Part shown: in pieces, positions 58,198-64,000 of the stretch | How the letters are laid out: the number at the start of each line of letters is the position of its first letter | Numbering within the stretch: the first letter of the stretch is position 1 | Assembly (NCBI GenBank): GCA_009694045.1 | Contig: SHVY01000004.1 | Coordinates: 3,866 to 67,865 of the forward strand | Direction of reading: 5' to 3' | DNA: 64,000 nt | Origin: Alphaproteobacteria bacterium | GTDB lineage: Bacteria > Pseudomonadota > Alphaproteobacteria > SP197 | Program-made: the position numbers and the translations under genes | The notes under the pieces: model-generated | Database searches by the model: none | What the model was told of the DNA's origin: nothing | What the model saw: only the letters and a program-made list of their open reading frames with translations

Positions 58198-58857
58198 TCA
58201 ATCCTGTCCCTGCGGCGTCCGCCTCCTCTTGAGTGCCGCCATCACCGGCTCGGCGACGACGGCGAAGCCGTACTCCAGGCTCGCGTCCTCGATCACCCGC
58301 CACAGGTAGTCGGCGAACGAGCGGTCGACATGGAGGTCGAAGGTGGGTGCCTCGTCGAGCTGGTGCAGGATCACCAGGGCGCGGGCGTAGCGTGACTGGG
58401 CGCACCGCCCCGGCCCGAACGCGCGCGGGTGCAGGTCGATCGGGCAGCCCTTGGCGATCACGTCGCGGGCGTGGGCGCCGGTCAGGCGGATGATCGTGCG
58501 GCCCTCGCTCACGTCGGTGACCGCGGCGTGGCACCCGGCCAGGGCCGCCCGCAAGGCCGCGACCGTCTTGTCCTGGGTATCGGGCGCGCCCACCACCAGC
58601 CATTCGTCCGGCCCGAGCCACAGGGCGTAGCGGTCGCGCTTGCCGTCCACGGTGTTGGGCGCTACCGGGGGGGCGAACCCCAGCGCCGTCTTCGCGCCGG
58701 CGGCGAAGGCCGGGTCGGCCGGGTCGCCGCGCAGGCTCACCTTGGCGATGAAGCGCCGCTCGCCGGCCACGACGCCCGCCCCACCCGGATCGCCGACCGC
58801 GCGGGCGTCCAGCGACAGGTGATCGAGCGGGCTCTGCCGCAGGTAAGGCTCAACCAC
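58198..58857 (-). CDS. soxG: Sarcosine oxidase subunit gamma
   Basis: GTG start giving (M)VEPYLRQSPLDHLSLDARA..., the SoxG family pattern. It is the last gene of soxBDAG. Confidence 0.7.
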   Translation of the reverse strand: MVEPYLRQSPLDHLSLDARAVGDPGGAGVVAGERRFIAKVSLRGDPADPAFAAGAKTALGFAPPVAPNTVDGKRDRYALWLGPDEWLVVGAPDTQDKTVAALRAALAGCHAAVTDVSEGRTIIRLTGAHARDVIAKGCPIDLHPRAFGPGRCAQSRYARALVILHQLDEAPTFDLHVDRSFADYLWRVIEDASLEYGFAVVAEPVMAALKRRRTPQGQD

Positions 58858-61855
58858 GGAGTCGCTCGCCTTCCTTGTCCCAGAAGATCGGCGGGACGAC
58901 CTTCGCCCAGGACGTCGTGCCATACGACGAGACCGCCACCGTCTGCCCGTGCCGCGCCCGGCCACCCATGAGCAGCGCCAACGCGAACGGGCGGCCCAAC
59001 GCGGCGCTCCAGTAGCTCGAGGTGACGTGGCCCTCCATCGGCATCGGCGGTTTCGGCCTGATCTCGGCGACGATCTGCGCGCCTTCCTGCAGGGTGTCCT
59101 TGGAGTTCTCCGGCAGAAGGCCGACGAGTTGCTTGCGATCGGCGCGCCCGCAATCGGCGCGGGTCAGGCCGCGCTTGCCGATGAAATCGGTCTTCTTCTT
59201 GCTGACGATCCAGTCCATGCCGAGATCCTGGGGGGTCGTGGTCCCGTCGGTCTCCTGGCCGACGATGACGAAGCCCTTCTCGGCGCGCAGCACGTGCATG
59301 GTCTCGGTGCCGTAGGGCGTGATGTCGTACTTCGCCCCCGCCGTCATCAGCACCTGCCACAGCGCGACACCACAGGACGACGGCACGTTGATCTCGTAGG
59401 ACTGCTCGCCCGAGAAGCTCACCCGGAAGACCCGGGCCGGGATGCCGGCCACGGTGCCGTCGCGCCAGGCCATGAACGGGAACGCCGCCGACTCCAGGTC
59501 GATGTCGGGGCAGAGTTCGGCCAGCAGGCGGCGGGCGTTGGGGCCGGCGATCGCCACGACCGTCCAGTGGGTGGTGGTCGAGGTGAAATGGACCCTCATG
59601 TCCAGCCACTCGCACTGCACCCACTCCTCGAGCCAGCCCATCACCCGGGCGGCACCGCCGGTGGTCGTGGTCATGTGATAGTGGTTCGGCCCCAGGCGCG
59701 CGGTCACGCCGTCGTCGAACACCATGCCGTCTTCCTTGAGCATCAGCCCGTAGCGGCAGCGCCCGACCTCCAGGTTGTCCCAGGCGTTGGTGTAGACGAG
59801 GTTCAGGAGCTTCAGCGCATCCGGCCCCTGGATGTCGATCTTGCCCAGCGTCGAGGCATCGACGATCCCGAGGCTGGCGCGCACCGCCCCGCATTCGCGG
59901 GCGACCGCCTGGTGCAGGGTTTCGCCCCGGCGCGGGTAGTACCAGGGCCGCTTCCACTGGCCCACGTCCTCGAACAGGGCGCCGGCCGCCTCGTGCCACT
60001 GGTGCAGCCCGGTCATCCGCACCGGATCGAACCGATCGCCGACGCTCCGGCCCGCCAGCGCGCCATAGGTCACCGGCGTGTACGGCGGGCGGAAGGTGGT
60101 GGTGCCAACCTCGGCGATCGTCGCGTTCGTCAGGTCGGCGAGGATGGCGAGGGCGTTGACGTTGCTGGTCTTGCCCTGGTCGGTGCCCATGCCCGTCGTG
60201 GTGTAGCGCTTCAGGTGCTCGACGGACCGGTAGCCCTCGCGCGCCGCCAACTCCACGTCGTCGGCCGTGACGTCGTTCTGGGCATCGACGAAGGCCTTGC
60301 CGCCATGGCCCGCGGTCGGCACCCGCCACAACGGGCGGAGCGGACCGGCCGGGGTATCCCCGGTCGCGGGCACCGGCGGTGCGACGCCATCGCCGAAGCC
60401 GCAGGCGAGGGCGGCCGCGGCTCCGCCCGCGAACCCTTCCGCGAGGCAGCCGGCGAGGGAAAAGGTCCCCCGCGCCGCGCCGACCGAGCGCTCGGCCTGG
60501 CGCGATTCACCGGGGACGAAGGCCGCGATCCCAGCGTCGAACCGGGGCCGGCCGCCCGATTGGGAAAACAGGTGCAGCGTCGGGCTCCAGCCGCCCGACA
60601 CGGCGATCAGGTCGCAGTCGTAGCACCGCGCCGCGCCGATCAGGCGGCTGCCGTCGGCCGCCAATTCGTACACCTCGGCGCCTTCCACGCGCTTGCGGCC
60701 CAAGGCGGCCGCGACCGTGCGCCCGGCGGCCAAGTCGATGCCCCGCACCCGCAAGGGTTCGCGCCAGGCATCGGGCGGAGTCTCGCGGGCGTCGATCACG
60801 GCCTGGACGTTGACCCCGGCCTCGGACAGGTCGAGGGCCGCGGGGTACGCGCTGTCGTTGTTGGTGACGACGATCGCCCGGTCGCCGGCGCGCACCGCCC
60901 AGCGGTTGGCGTACGTCCGCGCCGCCGAGGCCAGCATCACCCCCGGCCGGTCGTTGTCGTCGAACACCAGGGGCCGCTCAATCGCGCCCGTGGCCAGCAC
61001 CACCTGGCGGGCGAGAACCTTCCACAGTCGCTGCCGTGGCAGGGTCGTGTCCGTCCGCGGACCCAAGTGATCGGTCACCCGCTCGATCAAACCCAGGTGG
61101 TTGTGGTCGTAGTAGCCGAACACGGTCGTGCGCGGCAGCAGGCGAACCTCGGGCAGCGCCGCGAGCTCCGCCATCGCCCCCGCGACCCAGTCCAGCGCCG
61201 GCGCGGCCGCGATCGTCGCCGCCTCGCCGAGCAGGGACCCACCGAACTCGGAACTCTCGTCCGCCAGGATCACCCGCGCGCCCACCCGTCCGGCGGCGAG
61301 CGCCGCCGCCAATCCCGCCGGACCAGCCCCCACCACAGCCACGTCGCAGTGGGCATAGGTCTTCTCGTAGCGGTCCGGATCGGGTTCGGTCGGCGCCCGG
61401 CCCAATCCGGCGGCGCGGCGGATGAACCATTCGTAGAACCGCCACGCCCGCGGCGGCCACATGAAGGTCTTGTAGTAGAACCCCGCCGGGAGGAACGCGG
61501 CCAGGGCACTGTTGATCGCGCCCACGTCGACCTCGACCGAGGGCCAGCAGTTGACGCTCGCGGCGCTCAGCTCGTCGTGCATCTCCGCCTGCGTCGCCCG
61601 CACGTTCGGCTCGGTGCGCGCACCGGTGCCAAGCTGGACCAAGGCGTTGGACTCCTCGGACCCGGCGGCGACGATGCCGCGCGGCCGGTGATACTTGAAG
61701 CTGCGTCCCACCAGCCGCACGCCGTTGGCGAGGAGTGCCGAGGCCAGGGTATCGCCCCCGAACCCGTCGTAGCGCCGGCCGTTGAATTGGAACGTGAGCG
61801 GCCGCGACCGATCGATCCGCCCGCCCGCCGCATTGCGGAACCGCTGGTCGGTCAC
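58850..61855 (-). CDS. soxA: Sarcosine oxidase subunit alpha
   Basis: GTG start giving (M)TDQRFRNAAGGRIDRSRPLTFQFNGRRYDGFGGDTLASALLANGV...the FAD/NAD(P)-binding region...the C-terminal aminomethyltransferase-like folate-binding domain. About 1000 aa. Confidence 0.9.
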   Translation of the reverse strand: MTDQRFRNAAGGRIDRSRPLTFQFNGRRYDGFGGDTLASALLANGVRLVGRSFKYHRPRGIVAAGSEESNALVQLGTGARTEPNVRATQAEMHDELSAASVNCWPSVEVDVGAINSALAAFLPAGFYYKTFMWPPRAWRFYEWFIRRAAGLGRAPTEPDPDRYEKTYAHCDVAVVGAGPAGLAAALAAGRVGARVILADESSEFGGSLLGEAATIAAAPALDWVAGAMAELAALPEVRLLPRTTVFGYYDHNHLGLIERVTDHLGPRTDTTLPRQRLWKVLARQVVLATGAIERPLVFDDNDRPGVMLASAARTYANRWAVRAGDRAIVVTNNDSAYPAALDLSEAGVNVQAVIDARETPPDAWREPLRVRGIDLAAGRTVAAALGRKRVEGAEVYELAADGSRLIGAARCYDCDLIAVSGGWSPTLHLFSQSGGRPRFDAGIAAFVPGESRQAERSVGAARGTFSLAGCLAEGFAGGAAAALACGFGDGVAPPVPATGDTPAGPLRPLWRVPTAGHGGKAFVDAQNDVTADDVELAAREGYRSVEHLKRYTTTGMGTDQGKTSNVNALAILADLTNATIAEVGTTTFRPPYTPVTYGALAGRSVGDRFDPVRMTGLHQWHEAAGALFEDVGQWKRPWYYPRRGETLHQAVARECGAVRASLGIVDASTLGKIDIQGPDALKLLNLVYTNAWDNLEVGRCRYGLMLKEDGMVFDDGVTARLGPNHYHMTTTTGGAARVMGWLEEWVQCEWLDMRVHFTSTTTHWTVVAIAGPNARRLLAELCPDIDLESAAFPFMAWRDGTVAGIPARVFRVSFSGEQSYEINVPSSCGVALWQVLMTAGAKYDITPYGTETMHVLRAEKGFVIVGQETDGTTTPQDLGMDWIVSKKKTDFIGKRGLTRADCGRADRKQLVGLLPENSKDTLQEGAQIVAEIRPKPPMPMEGHVTSSYWSAALGRPFALALLMGGRARHGQTVAVSSYGTTSWAKVVPPIFWDKEGERLRG

Positions 61856-62133
61856 GGGCCCGCCTCGGGACGCGGCTCGCCCATCTTGTAGACCGCGAGG
61901 ATGCGGTGGCTCACGGTATCGCGTAGCACGTTGAACCAGCGCCGGCAGCCGGCGGCATGAACCCAGCGCTCGGCGTGCACGCCCTTGGGGTTCCGGCGCA
62001 TGAACAGGTAATCGGCATAGGCCCCGTCCGACAGGGCTTCCGGCCGCGCCGGCCGCGCGATATGGCCCTCGCCGCCATAGGCGTACTCGACCTCGTCGCG
62101 CGGGCCGCACCAGGGACAGGCGATCAGGTGCAT
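61852..62133 (-). CDS. soxD: Sarcosine oxidase subunit delta
   Basis: MHLIACPWCGPRDEVEYAYGGE... is the SoxD pattern. It overlaps soxA by 4 bp. Confidence 0.8.
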   Translation of the reverse strand: MHLIACPWCGPRDEVEYAYGGEGHIARPARPEALSDGAYADYLFMRRNPKGVHAERWVHAAGCRRWFNVLRDTVSHRILAVYKMGEPRPEAGP

Positions 62134-62135
62134 GG

Positions 62136-63383
62136 CTAGTGCGCCACCGCGGCGGCGCCGTGCTCGTCGATCAACTCGCCGGTCGAGAAGCGCTCGATGT
62201 TGAAGGCCTCGTTCAACCTGTGCGGCCGGTCCTGGGCGATGGTGTGGGCGAACACCCAGCCGGACCCCGGCGTCGCCTTGAACCCGCCGGTGCCCCAGCC
62301 GCAGTTGACGTAGAATCCCTCGACCGGGGTCTTCGAGACGATCGGGCTGGCGTCCGGGCACACGTCGACGATACCCGCCCACTGGCGCATCATGCGCAAC
62401 CGGCTGAACATCGGGAACAGCTCGACCACCGCCGCCATCTGGTCCTCGATGACCTGCAGGCTGCCGCGCTGGGCATAGGAGTTGAAGGTGTCGATGCCCG
62501 CGCCCATCACCAGCTCGCCCTTGTCGGACTGGCTGACGTAGACGTGCACCGCGCCCGACATGATCACCGTATGCAGGATCGGCTTGATCGGTTCCGAGAC
62601 CAGAGCCTGAAGCGGGTGGCTTTCGATCGGCAGCCTGATCCCCGCCATGCCGGCGACAACGCTGGCGTGCCCCGCGACCACGGCGCCGATCTTCGGCGCT
62701 CGGATGGTGCCCCGGGTCGTCTCGATCCCGGTAACCTTGGCGCCGTCGCGCAGGATCGCCATCACCTCGCAGTTCTGCAGGATGTCGACGCCAAGCCGGT
62801 CGGCAGCGCGGGCGAAGCCCCAGGCGACCGCGTCGTGGCGGGCGTTACCGCCGCGCCGCTGCAACGACCCGCCGAGGATGGGATAGCGGATGTTGGGGTC
62901 CATGTTGAGGATCGGCACAAACGCCTTCACCTGGTCCCGGGTCAGGTACTCAGAATCGATGTCGTTCAGCCGGATGGCGTTGATGCGGCGGTGCAGCTCG
63001 CGCAGGTCGTGCAGGTTGTGGCAGAGGTTGAGCACGCCCCGCTGGCTGAACATCAGGTTGTAGTTCAGGTCCTGGGTCAGGCCTTCCCACAGCTTCAGCG
63101 ATTTCTCGTAGAGGAACGCGCTCTGGTCCCACAGGTAGTTGGAGCGCACGACGGTCGTGTTCCGCCCGGTGTTGCCGCCCCCGAGCCAGCCCTTCTCCAC
63201 CACCGCGACGTTGCGGATGCCATGCTCCTTGGCGAGGTAGTAGGCCGTCGCCAGCCCATGGCCGCCGCCGCCGATGATGATGACGTCGTAGCGCTCCTTC
63301 GGCTCCGGATGGCGGAACGCCGCGGGCCAACCCTTGTGCTTGTTGATCCCCTCGCGGATCAGATTGAAGATCGAGTACTGCAT
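62136..63383 (-). CDS. soxB: Sarcosine oxidase subunit beta
   Basis: [12 protein letters not shown]...[19 protein letters not shown] is the FAD-binding GxGxxG motif. Confidence 0.9.
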   Translation of the reverse strand: MQYSIFNLIREGINKHKGWPAAFRHPEPKERYDVIIIGGGGHGLATAYYLAKEHGIRNVAVVEKGWLGGGNTGRNTTVVRSNYLWDQSAFLYEKSLKLWEGLTQDLNYNLMFSQRGVLNLCHNLHDLRELHRRINAIRLNDIDSEYLTRDQVKAFVPILNMDPNIRYPILGGSLQRRGGNARHDAVAWGFARAADRLGVDILQNCEVMAILRDGAKVTGIETTRGTIRAPKIGAVVAGHASVVAGMAGIRLPIESHPLQALVSEPIKPILHTVIMSGAVHVYVSQSDKGELVMGAGIDTFNSYAQRGSLQVIEDQMAAVVELFPMFSRLRMMRQWAGIVDVCPDASPIVSKTPVEGFYVNCGWGTGGFKATPGSGWVFAHTIAQDRPHRLNEAFNIERFSTGELIDEHGAAAVAH

Positions 63384-63437
63384 GGCGCTCCCACCCGGCC
63401 CGTTCATGCCGGAATCCCGCCGCCCAGGCAAGCGGGT

Positions 63438-64000
63438 TCAGGCGGCGATCAGGTAGTAGGCCCAGCCGAGCCGGCCGAGCCTGGCGGCGTCGCGTTGCAT
63501 GGCCAGACGGGCGACGACGGTATCGACCTCGGCCACGCTGGTCTTGGCCGCGAACTCCTCGCGCTTGGCGATGAACCGGGTCGTCACGCTCTCGAAGGTC
63601 GGCAGCACATGGCGCCCCCAGTCGCGCCGCACCAGGATCCGCGGCCCCAACCGCGCGAGCAGGTCGTCGTACTGCGCGATGGTCCAGAAGTGCCGCGCGC
63701 CGTGCCGCTGCATGAAGGGCTCGCGCTCGGCCTCGGGCATCGCGGCGTCGAACAGCAGATCGGAGAGTACCAGACGCCCGCCGGGCCGCACCACCCGCAG
63801 CGCCTCGCGCACGACCCGCTCCTTGTCCGGCGCATAGAGCATCGCCTCCTGGCACCACCAGACGTCGAACGAGGCGTCCGCGAACGGCAGCTCGTGGTAG
63901 TCGGCGTAGGAGAACCGGATCAGATGGCCGAGCCCGGCGTGGTCGGTCAGCTCCCGGCCGCGGTCGAGCTGCATCGCCGAGATGTTGGTCGCCTCCACCG
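63438..64000 (-). CDS. Class I SAM-dependent methyltransferase; N-terminus beyond window
   Basis: ...VWWCQEAMLYAPDKERVVREALRVVRPGGRLVLSDLLF... is the Methyltransf_11/25-like C-terminal region. The ORF is open at the window end. Confidence 0.65.
   Translation of the reverse strand, partial: VEATNISAMQLDRGRELTDHAGLGHLIRFSYADYHELPFADASFDVWWCQEAMLYAPDKERVVREALRVVRPGGRLVLSDLLFDAAMPEAEREPFMQRHGARHFWTIAQYDDLLARLGPRILVRRDWGRHVLPTFESVTTRFIAKREEFAAKTSVAEVDTVVARLAMQRDAARLGRLGWAYYLIAA

Overview
This is a high-GC (~67%) alphaproteobacterial-type chromosomal segment, dominated by conserved housekeeping genes. I found no rRNA, CRISPR array, transposase or integrase.

Genes I can support from the sequence, in order: guaA (partial), a TPR protein, guaB, rlmE-ppx, tRNA-Gln(CUG), mrcA, amiC, rne, an aminotransferase, ggt, an M48/TPR peptidase, aroQ-accB-accC-aat, DUF2155, a small hypothetical, a MlaD-like protein, an NDUFA12-like protein, nrdJ, DUF1272, a secreted hypothetical, aspS, rnd carrying a C-terminal GNAT fusion, chrB-like/chrA, hda-AI-2E transporter-pgsA-like-DUF2066 divergent from purM-purN, ndk, a YihY-HAD fusion, holC-pepA, lptF-lptG-lptD-surA-pdxA-rsmA, a GNAT, gmk, yicC and an SDR. 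The last ~11 kb is an oxygenase-rich neighbourhood: an IPNS-like 2OG oxygenase, a Rieske oxygenase alpha subunit, a frameshifted SIMPL gene, a frameshifted FkbM methyltransferase, a PhnZ-like HD protein, soxBDAG and a SAM methyltransferase.

The most notable non-genic signals:
- Palindromic repeats: a family of CTAG-flanked palindromic, MITE-like intergenic repeats (five copies) plus a second GTAC-type family. Their terminal CTAGs supply the stop codons of flanking genes.
- Other non-coding signals: a G-tract-rich inverted duplication between nrdJ and DUF1272; an anomalously AT-rich long leader with a near-consensus promoter upstream of nrdJ; and a 600-bp non-coding stretch holding gene remnants.

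Two uninterrupted domain fusions stand out: RNase D-GNAT and YihY-HAD. The many long ORFs on the strand opposite real genes are GC-driven shadow ORFs and were rejected.
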